DNA of 64,000 nucleotides from Candidatus Pacearchaeota archaeon (GCA_050124795.1 JASFEO010000002.1:26797-90796); one strand, 5' to 3'; shown: positions 51,407 to 60,841, counted from the stretch's first letter. Notes: generated from the letters alone by a model not told the origin. Made by a program: numbers and translations.

Positions 51407-51452
51407 AATTAATTAAGAATTAGGCGGTTTAAATAATTAATTATTTCAATAT

Positions 51453-51872
51453 TTATAAAATATCCCTTGCTCTTCTTTCTGATTTCCTTAATGCTTTTAT
51501 ATGTTCAGCATTTGTTATTGCTTCTTTACAAGCCCCCCCATAACCTTCTAAAAAATCTTTTTCATTCTTAGGAGATATCCCTTTTGAATCTATGAGGGTA
51601 TAACCCTTTTTACCAGAAACTTTTTGATTATATGTCTCTTCCGCGGATAAAACAATTTCAAGACTTTTAGGGTCAACTAATTTTTCCAACCCCCTTCCAA
51701 ATTCAAGCCCGAGTATAAAAGATCCCAAAGAGCGACCTTCATATTCCATAGTTCCTTCTTTGAGAAGGGGCGATTTACAGCAATAAGTATGCTTTGTTTT
51801 AAAAAATCTCTTAATTCCTCCCGGAACATAAGTTTTCTTAAACAGCAAAACCTGATTATCTTTTAATTCCAT
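51453..51872 (-). CDS. hypothetical protein, paralog A (MELKDNQVLL family)
   Basis: 139 aa; N-terminus and 5' leader about 85% identical to 52715-53167. Confidence 0.4.
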   Translation of the reverse strand: MELKDNQVLLFKKTYVPGGIKRFFKTKHTYCCKSPLLKEGTMEYEGRSLGSFILGLEFGRGLEKLVDPKSLEIVLSAEETYNQKVSGKKGYTLIDSKGISPKNEKDFLEGYGGACKEAITNAEHIKALRKSERRARDIL

Positions 51873-51957
51873 TTTCTATCTTTCTAAAAAGTATCTCGCC
51901 TTTTTTAATATTATTATTCTGTGAAATATATTTTCGAAGTTAATTATCAATTAATCC

Positions 51958-52440
51958 TTAAATTTCTTTTCTATTTTTATAATATGGAGAATCTGAAGGA
52001 AAGGCTTTAATCTTCTTAGTGTCAGGTTTAGTAGCTTTTGATTTGTTAGTAATCACCCCCGTAGGAACAGGAGTTATTTTATTTAATTTTTTTCTTTCAG
52101 GAACTCTTAATCTCATTCTTCGATCTCTTTTCCAAAATCTTTCCTTTAAGTTATTCTCTAAATTTTCTATTTTCTCTTTTTCATTTTTCCCATCTGCATA
52201 GGCAGTTATTTTTTCTCTGTCTCTTGGAAAATTTCCCAATCCCGGATTAAATTCATACAGGACACTGCAATCCAAAAGGTGATAGGTAACACTCCCTCCA
52301 ATATAGCGCAATCTATTTGCTTCATTTTTCCCATTCACATATCCGTCTTTATTAAGTTCATGAAAAACTTCCAAAACTTTCCATGGATACAAAAAATCAT
52401 TATCTGTTAATGAATCCTGCTCGTGAATTATTTTAGGCAT
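51958..52440 (-). CDS. hypothetical protein
   Basis: 160 aa. Confidence 0.35.
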   Translation of the reverse strand: MPKIIHEQDSLTDNDFLYPWKVLEVFHELNKDGYVNGKNEANRLRYIGGSVTYHLLDCSVLYEFNPGLGNFPRDREKITAYADGKNEKEKIENLENNLKERFWKRDRRMRLRVPERKKLNKITPVPTGVITNKSKATKPDTKKIKAFPSDSPYYKNRKEI

Positions 52441-52441
52441 T

Positions 52442-52711
52442 TTATTTTTGCCAAGGCAATTCTCCTTTTAGATAAGCCTCGCGATAATCTTTATGATTTA
52501 ACCTTTGAGGGTTATATTTTTTAATATATTCTTCTGCATCTTTATAATCCTTAGAATAATCTCCAATGAAATTTCCATCTTCATCCCAATCAGTATTATG
52601 AGTAGCAATAATTAATTGTCCATTTTTCATGACAACTCTTTTTATTGCCCTCTCAACCATTGCTTCTCCGCATGAAACAAAATAATTATCACTTGATTCT
52701 TCAATTGTCAT
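52442..52711 (-). CDS. hypothetical protein
   Basis: 89 aa. Confidence 0.35.
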   Translation of the reverse strand: MTIEESSDNYFVSCGEAMVERAIKRVVMKNGQLIIATHNTDWDEDGNFIGDYSKDYKDAEEYIKKYNPQRLNHKDYREAYLKGELPWQK

Positions 52712-52714
52712 TTT

Positions 52715-53167
52715 CTATTTTTTTCTTTTAAAATTTTGAAATTGTTGATCATAAAATGCTTCATAACCTCTTAAAAAATTTCTTTGCTCTCTAAATGAAA
52801 TTCCACTTGAAATTATATGGCGAAATTCTTTTTTATCATTCGAAAGAAGACTTCCATTATATTCAATATCTCCTGACAAAACAATTTCAAGATCTCTCGG
52901 TTCAATTAATTCAATCTTCTCGTCTTTTAATTTTCCTCCAAACATTTCCCCAAGATAAAAAAGATCATTTAATGGATGACGAGTAGAGATCATGCCTGAT
53001 AAAGGAGACTTGCAAAAATAAAAAGGAGAATCTTTTCTTGGAAGCATTCTCTTAAAAAAATTCCGATAAATTAATATATTTTTTATCAACAAAACCTGAT
53101 TATCTTTTAATTCCATTTTATATTTTCTTAAAAAGGATTTCACCTTTTTTAATTTTATTGTGTTCAA
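52715..53167 (-). CDS. hypothetical protein, paralog A' (MELKDNQVLL family)
   Basis: 150 aa; start region overlaps metG 3' end by 50 nt. Confidence 0.4.
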   Translation of the reverse strand: MNTIKLKKVKSFLRKYKMELKDNQVLLIKNILIYRNFFKRMLPRKDSPFYFCKSPLSGMISTRHPLNDLFYLGEMFGGKLKDEKIELIEPRDLEIVLSGDIEYNGSLLSNDKKEFRHIISSGISFREQRNFLRGYEAFYDQQFQNFKRKK

Positions 53168-54590
53168 GAAGTGGTTTTTTTATTTCATTCCAACTGATTT
53201 TAAATCCAAACTGCTCTGCTATTTTCTCACTTGTCGACGGAATAAAAGGGGAAAGTAAAATTGCAATAGACTTTATCATATTAGCGACTTCATATAAAAT
53301 TTTTTTGTTTTTGGTCTCCCAAGGCTTTGTTGATTGAATATATTCATTACAAATATCTATCTCTTCAAATAAAAAGTTTAATGCTCTGTCAAATTGAAAA
53401 CTATCCATAACTCCCTCAATCTTTTTATTTAGAATGGTGGATGCATAAAGAATAGATTGGTCATCGTTTTTTCCTAATTTTTCCATTCCATTCTTCTCAA
53501 CAAGTCCACTAACTCGCGAAACTAAATTTCCTAATTTATTTGCAAGTTCATTATTGTGCCTGTCAATCAAAGCCTCTTTTGAGAAATCCCCGTCAGAACC
53601 AAATGGAATTGTCCTCATTAAATAATATCTTAAAGTATCTGCTTCATATTCCTCCAAAAGTTCTAAGGGAGCCACGACATTTCCAACAGACTTTGACATT
53701 TTCCTTCCATTAACAGTTAAAAAACCATGTACAATTAATTCTTTAGGCAAAGGTAAACCAAGACTCAAAAGCATTCCTGTCCAAATTCCTGCATGGAACC
53801 TGTGCATATCTTTTCCTGCAACGTGAACATCACATGGCCAATATTTTTTGTATTTTTTATCAGGATATCCTATTCCTGTCAGGTAATTTCCAAGAGCCTC
53901 GCACCACACATACATAACCTGGTTATCGTCGCCAGGAACAGGAATACCCCAAGGCAAATGCTTTTTCTCTCTTGAAAAACTCACATCAGTCAACCCTTCC
54001 TTAGCCAAACCAAGAAAATCATTTTTCCATTGCTTTGGATAAATCTTATACTGATCTTCTTCAATTATTTTTTTAATCTCTTCAGAATACTTGCTTAATT
54101 TAAAAAAATAATTCTCCTCTGAAATCTTTTGAATTTCTAAACTTGGGTGGTCAGGACATTTTTCATCCACAAGGTCTTTTTCTGTAACAAATCTCTCGCA
54201 ACCAGAACAATAAAAACCAGTATACTTTTTTTTATAGATGTCACCTTTTTCTGCTAACTTCTTCCAGATATCTAGAACCCCTGGCCAATGCATTTTTTTA
54301 TCTGTTGTCCTAATAAAAAAAGTATTGGAAATATTCAACTTCTTTGTTAGTTCCTGAAAATATCCTGAATTCATATCAACAAATTCCTTTGGTTCCATTC
54401 CAAGTTTTTTAGCAGTCTGATAATTCTTAGTTCCATGTTCATCTGTTCCTGTTAAAAAAAATACATCCTTCCCTTTAAGCTTGTTCCATCTTGCAAGAAT
54501 ATCTGCAGTAATTATTTCCAATGCAAAACCAATGTGCGGAGGCGCATTTGCATAAGGAATTGTCGTTGTAATGTAAAACTTTTTTTTCAT
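53118..54590 (-). CDS. metG: methionyl-tRNA synthetase (core, no C-terminal tRNA-binding domain)
   Basis: 490 aa; PYANAPPHIGF HIGH-type motif; KMSKS; Zn knuckle CSGCERF...CPDH. Confidence 0.9.
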   Translation of the reverse strand: MKKKFYITTTIPYANAPPHIGFALEIITADILARWNKLKGKDVFFLTGTDEHGTKNYQTAKKLGMEPKEFVDMNSGYFQELTKKLNISNTFFIRTTDKKMHWPGVLDIWKKLAEKGDIYKKKYTGFYCSGCERFVTEKDLVDEKCPDHPSLEIQKISEENYFFKLSKYSEEIKKIIEEDQYKIYPKQWKNDFLGLAKEGLTDVSFSREKKHLPWGIPVPGDDNQVMYVWCEALGNYLTGIGYPDKKYKKYWPCDVHVAGKDMHRFHAGIWTGMLLSLGLPLPKELIVHGFLTVNGRKMSKSVGNVVAPLELLEEYEADTLRYYLMRTIPFGSDGDFSKEALIDRHNNELANKLGNLVSRVSGLVEKNGMEKLGKNDDQSILYASTILNKKIEGVMDSFQFDRALNFLFEEIDICNEYIQSTKPWETKNKKILYEVANMIKSIAILLSPFIPSTSEKIAEQFGFKISWNEIKKPLLEHNKIKKGEILFKKI

Positions 54591-54629
54591 AAAATATCTA
54601 GAATTAATTGGTATAAAAGTTTATCTTTT

Positions 54630-57104
54630 CTAAAACCACTTTCCCAAACCTTCCTGCTTTTTCCCGTCAACAATTTCTTTAATATTAATTCCAAAGACTT
54701 CAAAAATATTTTCAACTGCAGGCATTACCTGTTTATTTAAATAATATTCAATATTATATTCATCTTCTTCATGCGGAAGTTTAACTTTGTCACGAACTAA
54801 TTTTTTTTTGTCTTGCGTTTCAGCAATGAAATATTCAATCAGCCCTCCCTGCTCAACTGGAATTTTTTGTTCTTTCATTTTTTTTGCCGCAACAACATGG
54901 GGCGAAAGAGTCTTGTATTCTGAAATTGGTTTTTTTAATTGCGTCCGAATAATCAAATCTTCTTTTTTTACTTCCCTTGATTTTATTTTCTTAATAATTT
55001 CTTTTACAAATTCTAATGCTTTTTTTTCATTTCCGTCTTTTAGTATTTGCAAAATTATTTTATTTTGCAACTTCCTTGCTAACTTGCACCAATCCCGACG
55101 AACAGTTTCAAAACCCCTTATTTTTAATTTACAGTATTTATCAATAACTGCATATTTTTTCTTTGCACCTGTTGTTCCCCCGCGAGTTTTAACCCAAAGC
55201 CCTCTTTTGAAAAAACCTTCAAGTTCCAATTCCATAACCCCTGGTAATTCAGAATTTAATTTTTTCAAAAATTCTTTTACTTCTTTTTCAGATTTTTCTT
55301 TCATTAAAAATCCTTCAGAATCAGTGTCGCCAAAAATAACTTTGTAACCAACGTCTTCAGTTTTTTTAATTATGTCTTTATTAAACTGTCTAACAAAGCC
55401 TAAAATTGAAGCAGAAGATTCTTTTGAATAATACCTCGCTCCAAAAAAACCAATATAACCATGTATCGACGCTGACAAAAGTTTAAATGCATTGCTTCTT
55501 GCAAGGGTGATCCTGTTTGGATTTTTTTTATATTCTGCTTTGTATTTTTTTCTTTTTCTAAAAAGTTCCTCAACAAGTAGTGGAATAAATCCTTTTTCAT
55601 GCGAAAAATAAAATTTCTTTTTCTCTCCATTGAACATCACTTCAGGAGATTCAAAACAACCTTTTTCTTTTTTTTCTAATAATGTAGATTTGGAAATATT
55701 CATTGAAATAATTATGCTTGTGTGCATCGACGTAAAATCAAAAATTGCAATATCTTCATAAAGCCCTGCTTCAGGAGAAAAAACATACGCTCCTTCAACT
55801 CCCCCGCTCTGCCGACGGGAACTTATCTCAGAATGAATCGGTCGCTTCTCAGGAATCTCATTATGCTTTTCCAGATTATGCAAAATATAATTTTCAACTT
55901 GCTTTGACAAACCATTTCTTGAAACATCAAACACAGGTTCACCAACTACTTTTGAGAATTCTAATAAATCAGGCCAGAACTTCATAAATAATCCATAAGT
56001 TAAAACAGAATCCTGCAAATTATATTCATAATACTCTCTAAAATCTTTTTCACCTAATTTTGACGAATGCTTAATTTCAAACTTTTTTTTCTTATCCTGC
56101 AAAAATTCCTTTGCAACTTCATTAAGAGTCAAAGTTTCAGATTGCATATATTGCGCATAAGCAGTTCTAATAAAACGCAAAATATCGACGTGAACAATAC
56201 CGTCAACTTTTGCTTGTATGTTAACTCCACGCGAAAACTTTGGTTCACTGCCGTCAATTCCAAAATTAATTTTAACTTTATTTTTCATTGCCCGCGCTTT
56301 TATATACGGCAAATCAAAACCATCTGAATAATAACCAACTAAAAAATCAGGGGAGATTTCTTTAACATACTCTGAAAATTTCTCAATCAATTCTGCTTCA
56401 TCCTCGACATACTCAACATAATCAGGCTTTTTGTCTTCAACTTTTTTCCATGTTATAACTTTTTTAAAATTCTCCCCCCCCAAAGAAACCATTAAAATCT
56501 CTCCCTCGCCAATTTTCAATTCATCAGTTTCAATGTCATAAGCCAAAACTTTAGGCAAAAAATTTTTCTCTTCAATTTTTTTATATCCTTCCAACTTAAT
56601 GCAAATGTCAACATCTAAGCTCGTATCAATTTGATTAAACTCCAAGGAATTGTGTAAAACTTCCCCAGTAATTTCATACCAATTTAATGGATTAATTTTT
56701 CTCTCAATTATATAATGAGTTACAAAACCTAAGTCATATCCTCGGCGAAAATCAATTTCTTCTAAGTCTAACTTGTCTGCAATGTCATGCAAGTCTTTAT
56801 AATTCGTTGCAAAAATTTTCAGAGCTTTTACTTTTTTCCCTGAAAAATTTTTTTCACAAAGTTCGACTTTTTCAACTTTTGTTTCTCTTCCTTTAACATC
56901 AAGTTTTATTTTTTTTATCTTTTCAATTAATTTATCAATTTTTTCTTTTGATAAATTATTTTTTAAAATCGCCCATAAGTAAACAGGACATGAATCAATC
57001 ACGCAAACTCTTTTTCCGGAATCACTTCTTCCGACTATCTTTGCATAGTTTCTTCCTTTAAAATCAAAATATGAATAATCAATTGGAATAAAGTTTAATT
57101 TCAT
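54630..57104 (-). CDS. polB: family B DNA polymerase
   Basis: 824 aa; Exo I YDIETD, Exo II SDGFDLPYI, Exo III YNLQD; motif A DFTSMHTSII; motif B KLLSASIHGYIG; motif C FGDTDS. Confidence 0.9.
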   Translation of the reverse strand: MKLNFIPIDYSYFDFKGRNYAKIVGRSDSGKRVCVIDSCPVYLWAILKNNLSKEKIDKLIEKIKKIKLDVKGRETKVEKVELCEKNFSGKKVKALKIFATNYKDLHDIADKLDLEEIDFRRGYDLGFVTHYIIERKINPLNWYEITGEVLHNSLEFNQIDTSLDVDICIKLEGYKKIEEKNFLPKVLAYDIETDELKIGEGEILMVSLGGENFKKVITWKKVEDKKPDYVEYVEDEAELIEKFSEYVKEISPDFLVGYYSDGFDLPYIKARAMKNKVKINFGIDGSEPKFSRGVNIQAKVDGIVHVDILRFIRTAYAQYMQSETLTLNEVAKEFLQDKKKKFEIKHSSKLGEKDFREYYEYNLQDSVLTYGLFMKFWPDLLEFSKVVGEPVFDVSRNGLSKQVENYILHNLEKHNEIPEKRPIHSEISSRRQSGGVEGAYVFSPEAGLYEDIAIFDFTSMHTSIIISMNISKSTLLEKKEKGCFESPEVMFNGEKKKFYFSHEKGFIPLLVEELFRKRKKYKAEYKKNPNRITLARSNAFKLLSASIHGYIGFFGARYYSKESSASILGFVRQFNKDIIKKTEDVGYKVIFGDTDSEGFLMKEKSEKEVKEFLKKLNSELPGVMELELEGFFKRGLWVKTRGGTTGAKKKYAVIDKYCKLKIRGFETVRRDWCKLARKLQNKIILQILKDGNEKKALEFVKEIIKKIKSREVKKEDLIIRTQLKKPISEYKTLSPHVVAAKKMKEQKIPVEQGGLIEYFIAETQDKKKLVRDKVKLPHEEDEYNIEYYLNKQVMPAVENIFEVFGINIKEIVDGKKQEGLGKWF

Positions 57105-57280
57105 CTAAAAATCAGGAATCTGAATTATTTAAAATTTGGGATTACGACTCGAGCAGGAATCTACTCCCAACCTCGCACGAAGTTTTTAATTTAGACACTG
57201 AATTTTTTGAGCTTCTACCACGAAGTTGCTCGCCTGCGCAAATAAATCTCTCTTGAGTTTAAGCAGGATTTAATTCTAAA

Positions 57281-57362
57281 CGCCTCGAGCAGGAATTGAA
57301 CCTGCGCGTCCCGAAGGACCTCGGTTAGCAACCGAGTGCAATAACCACTATGCGATCGAGGC
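57281..57362 (-). tRNA. tRNA-Ser (GCU)
   Basis: hand-folded: acceptor GCCTCGA/TCGAGGC, anticodon arm CTCGG-TTGCTAA-CCGAG, long variable arm GTCCTTCGGGAC, T arm GCAGG-TTCAATT-CCTGC, discriminator G. Confidence 0.7.
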
Positions 57363-57459
57363 TTGAACTTATTAAAAATATCTGGCTTAAAAAGATTGTT
57401 ATTTCAATTAATCTCGATTTATCCATTATCTTTTTAAATTATTTTTTATTCTTAATCAT

Positions 57460-58692
57460 ATGAAAAAAGAGGTTGAATTAAAAGAGGCTTATGAAAAATC
57501 AATTCAAATTTTAAAATCATGCTCAACTCCTTTTGGATTTCGCGCCGCCCAAATAAGCGAAGGACCTTATTCAAGAATATGGGGAAGAGACAGCATGATT
57601 TGTTCAATTGCTGCATTAACAACTAATGATAAATCTTTAATCAAACAAGTAAAAAAATCCTTAAAGACACTTTTAAAATTTCAGCACAAACAGGGCCAGA
57701 TTCCAAGCAACGTTGATATGAAAACAAAAAGAGTAAGTTACGGCTGGTCTGCAGGAAGAATCGACGCTCTTCTTTGGTTTTTAATTGGCTTTTCTCAATA
57801 CGTCAAGCGAACTCATGACAGAAGATTTTTAAAAAAACATTATGAAGCTTATAAAAAAGCATTCAGGCTCGCTCAGGTTTATGAATTTAATAATAGGGGA
57901 TTTATTTATGTCCCAAAAGGGGGCGACTGGGCAGACGAATTCATCCAGGAAGGTTATGTTCTCTACGACGAACTTCTTTATTATCGCGCGTTTGAGGAAT
58001 TTATTTCATTAAGAAAAAAAATATACAAGAAAAATGATTTCTATGAAAAAAAGAAATCAGAAATCAGAAAAAAAATACTAACAAATTTTTTGCCCAATAA
58101 ATCCAAAAAAAATTCAGAATCTGTTTATAATAAAATCTTATTTGAAAAAACATTGCAAAAAAAGAAATATCACACACCTTATCTTTTGCCGTTTTTTTCT
58201 CCGTCCTCATATGGCTTTAGATTTGATGGTTTTGCAAACACTCTTGCGATTTTATTTGGGATATTAGATAAAAAAAATGAAAAAAAATTATTAAAATATG
58301 TCTTCAACAATTTTGGAAAAAAAACAAATTACCTTCTTCCTGCATTTTCTCCTCCGATTACAAAAAAGGATCCTGAATGGCAGCACTTGATTGAAAACTA
58401 CTCAATCAAATTTAAAAATAAACCTCATGAATATCACAACGGAGGACTGTGGCCGGTTGTAACAGGTTTTTTTGCTGCAGCAATTTCAAAGAAAAATCCT
58501 AAAGAAGCAAGAAATTATCTTTTGGGAATCAACAAGGCAAATTCGCAAAACGGAAAATCTTCATGGGACTTTTATGAATATTTAAACAGCAAAAACTTCA
58601 AAGCAAAGGGAACAAAAAAACAAGCATGGAGTGCAGCAGCAGGAATAATCGCCTACAACTCTGTAATAAAAAAGGAAGCTTGTTTTATATGA
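57460..58692 (+). CDS. six-hairpin glycoside hydrolase (GH15/GH63-like)
   Basis: 410 aa; GFRAAQISEGPYSRIWGRDS and GGDWADEF, WPVVTG segments. Confidence 0.5.
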   Translation: MKKEVELKEAYEKSIQILKSCSTPFGFRAAQISEGPYSRIWGRDSMICSIAALTTNDKSLIKQVKKSLKTLLKFQHKQGQIPSNVDMKTKRVSYGWSAGRIDALLWFLIGFSQYVKRTHDRRFLKKHYEAYKKAFRLAQVYEFNNRGFIYVPKGGDWADEFIQEGYVLYDELLYYRAFEEFISLRKKIYKKNDFYEKKKSEIRKKILTNFLPNKSKKNSESVYNKILFEKTLQKKKYHTPYLLPFFSPSSYGFRFDGFANTLAILFGILDKKNEKKLLKYVFNNFGKKTNYLLPAFSPPITKKDPEWQHLIENYSIKFKNKPHEYHNGGLWPVVTGFFAAAISKKNPKEARNYLLGINKANSQNGKSSWDFYEYLNSKNFKAKGTKKQAWSAAAGIIAYNSVIKKEACFI

Positions 58693-59510
58693 AAAAAATT
58701 CTTATTGCTACAGATCTCGACAGAACACTTCTCCCAAATGGAAATCATAAATTAAGCAAGGGCGCAATAAATTCATTTAAAATATTAATAAAAAAAACAA
58801 ATAAAAAAATAATTTTAATCTATATTACAGGAAGAAATAAAACTTTAATTTTGCAGGCGATAAAAAAATACAATTTGCCAAAACCTGAATTTTGCATTTC
58901 AATGGTCGGAAGTGTGATTTACAAATATGAAAAAAATTCTCTTATCGAGGACAAAAACTGGGAAAACCATTTAAAAAAATCTTCTAAAAATTTTAATTCT
59001 GAAAAAATAATTTCTTCTTTAAAAGATATAAAACAATTAAAATTGCAGCCAAAAAAATATCTCAATGATTTCAAAGTTAGTTATTATCTAAAAAATAAAT
59101 CATTATTAAAAAGCACTTTAAAAAAAATAAAATTAGAATTAAAGAAAAATAAAATTAATGCAAAGGTGATTTATAGTTTTGATGTTAATAGAAAAATTGG
59201 CTTAATTGATGTCATGCACAAAAATGCAAATAAATTGTCAGCACTTTATTTCTTGCTTGATAAATTAAAAATCAAAAAACAAAACATTGTTTATTGCGGA
59301 GACTCTGGAAATGATTTGGAAATTTTTAAATCAGGAATTAAATCTATTTTAGTAAAAAATGCGTCATATGATTTTAAAGAAAAATTAAAAAAAGAAATTA
59401 AGAAAAACAAAAAAATGAAAATTTATTTTGCAAGGGGGAATTTCAAAAATCTAAACGGAAATTATGTTTCAGGAATTCTTGAAGGAATTAACCACTACAA
59501 ATTTGTTTAG
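58689..59510 (+). CDS. HAD-IIB family sugar-phosphate phosphatase
   Basis: ATGA overlap with GH gene; MKKILIATDLDRTLL DxDxT motif; C-terminal GDSGND. Confidence 0.6.
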   Translation: MKKILIATDLDRTLLPNGNHKLSKGAINSFKILIKKTNKKIILIYITGRNKTLILQAIKKYNLPKPEFCISMVGSVIYKYEKNSLIEDKNWENHLKKSSKNFNSEKIISSLKDIKQLKLQPKKYLNDFKVSYYLKNKSLLKSTLKKIKLELKKNKINAKVIYSFDVNRKIGLIDVMHKNANKLSALYFLLDKLKIKKQNIVYCGDSGNDLEIFKSGIKSILVKNASYDFKEKLKKEIKKNKKMKIYFARGNFKNLNGNYVSGILEGINHYKFV

Positions 59511-59910
59511 TCGGCCAAACATATTCCAAATTATCTGGAACTTCTTTTGAAAACTTAAAATAAAACTCTTTATCTTTTCTTAACAAATTACTTTTGTGTG
59601 AATCATGAAATTTTTTATCCCCCATCCATTTAGGTAAAATTATTTTTCCTTCTATAATTTCTAATTTCATTGTGTTTTTGTAACCTTTTGAAATCCATAA
59701 TTTAACTGCTTTATTAAAATAAAGTTTAAGTGCATTTTCATAACCAGCCCACATTTTAACAGCAGGATGATTTTTCCAGCCTTGCTTTTTTGTTCGTTTT
59801 AGTAAAATATTCAGAATTTGAAATGCTTCAACACGTTGTTTTCCAAGTCTTCGACTATCAAGAACTTTTAGTGACTTTTTCAGATTTGGATATGGCATGA
59901 ATGTTTGCAT
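59488..59910 (-). CDS. pyrimidine-dimer DNA glycosylase family protein (Pyr_excise-like)
   Basis: 140 aa; MPYPNLKKSLKVLDSRRLGKQRVEAFQIL...KQGWKNHPAVKMW matches start of the T4 endonuclease V-related family from memory. Confidence 0.5.
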   Translation of the reverse strand: MQTFMPYPNLKKSLKVLDSRRLGKQRVEAFQILNILLKRTKKQGWKNHPAVKMWAGYENALKLYFNKAVKLWISKGYKNTMKLEIIEGKIILPKWMGDKKFHDSHKSNLLRKDKEFYFKFSKEVPDNLEYVWPTKQICSG

Positions 59911-59960
59911 AAAAATATCTTTGGATAATCTGATTAAAAAGTTTTTGATTGCTTAGAAAA

Positions 59961-60494
59961 TTATTCTAAATAAAATCCAATTATGAGAATTAATATGTTT
60001 ACTATGACAATTAAGATATAAATTAAATTTCTTACAAATTCTCTGCCACTAATTTTATTTTCTAATTCTTTTTTTTCACCAATCAATTTATTATGTGCCT
60101 CAATAAATTCTTTTTCTTTTCTCTCTCGTTCTTCAAGGAGTTCTTTATCACTTAGCGAATTCAAATAGGTTAGATTAATGTCTCCTTTTGAGAGGGCATT
60201 AATATTTGCTAAGACTATTTCTCTTGAGAGAGTTTCAAAGAATGTAGTGTCTGCTGAATCATTTAAGGCAATTACAGAATTTTTTGTTATATCTGCAATA
60301 GCTAATTTTATTTTTTGGTTTGAAGTTAATAAGAGGTTCACTTCATCATAACCTTTTCTTTCATCAATATTATTTAATTGTTCATTGATCTTAGATAAAT
60401 CCATATCTATAGAATATAGGATGATACAAGAGAGAATTAATAGGATAATTGATAGAGTAATACGTACTTTTTTTAGAGATGATATCTTTTTCAT
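59961..60494 (-). CDS. membrane-anchored coiled-coil hypothetical protein
   Basis: start moved to internal Met (MKKISSL) because the longer ORF runs through the iMet tRNA. Confidence 0.4.
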   Translation of the reverse strand: MKKISSLKKVRITLSIILLILSCIILYSIDMDLSKINEQLNNIDERKGYDEVNLLLTSNQKIKLAIADITKNSVIALNDSADTTFFETLSREIVLANINALSKGDINLTYLNSLSDKELLEERERKEKEFIEAHNKLIGEKKELENKISGREFVRNLIYILIVIVNILILIIGFYLE

Positions 60495-60505
60495 TTGAAT
60501 AAAAA

Positions 60506-60581
60506 TAGCGAGGGCAGGATTTGAACCATGCGACCTCCGGGTTATGGGCCCGACGAGCACTCCAGACTGCTCCACCTCGCT
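60506..60581 (-). tRNA. initiator tRNA-Met (CAU), 76 nt with 1-nt bulge in T stem
   Basis: A1:U72; three G:C pairs in anticodon stem TCGGG/CCCGG; loop CCCATAA; T arm GCA(T)GG-TTCAAAT-CCTGC. Confidence 0.6.
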
Positions 60582-60621
60582 ATGTTAATTGATAATTTAT
60601 CCAACTTTTAAAACTTTCTAA

Positions 60622-60693
60622 TGCCCCTGCGAAGATTCGAACTCCGATCGCCTCGACCGCAACGAGGTATTCTATCCATTAAACTACAAGGGC
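60622..60693 (-). tRNA. tRNA-Arg (GCG)
   Basis: acceptor GCCCTTG/CAGGGGC (one G:U), anticodon arm CCTCG-TTGCGGT-CGAGG, T arm CGGAG-TTCGAAT-CTTCG. Confidence 0.65.
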
Positions 60694-60727
60694 ATAAACA
60701 ATTCTTAATTAAAACAATATTTAACTT

Positions 60728-60807
60728 TTATTATTCACGCCCGCAGCAGGAATTGAACCTGCGAGCCAAAAAGGCCACGATTTCCAGTCGTGTGCAATAC
60801 CACTATG
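60728..60807 (-). tRNA. tRNA-Ser (GGA)
   Basis: acceptor GCCCGCA/TGCGGGC, anticodon arm CACGA-CTGGAAA-TCGTG, long variable arm GCCTTTTTGGC, T arm GCAGG-TTCAATT-CCTGC. Confidence 0.65.
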
Positions 60808-60841
60808 CGATGCGGGCATAGCAATTTACAACCTGTTAAAT

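Noticed and set aside
54787-56327. Plus-strand ORFs of 186 aa and smaller inside polB
   Set aside because: Antisense to a strongly supported polymerase.
57126-57262. Possible second, intron-containing tRNA downstream of polB
   Set aside because: It shares 17 nt with the tRNA-Ser 3' end and has a CTTC-GTGGTA-GAAG hairpin. I could not build an acceptor/T-arm pairing. Treated as a partial duplicate only.
60621-60821. 66-aa plus-strand ORF
   Set aside because: Runs across the tRNA-Arg and tRNA-Ser genes on the opposite strand.
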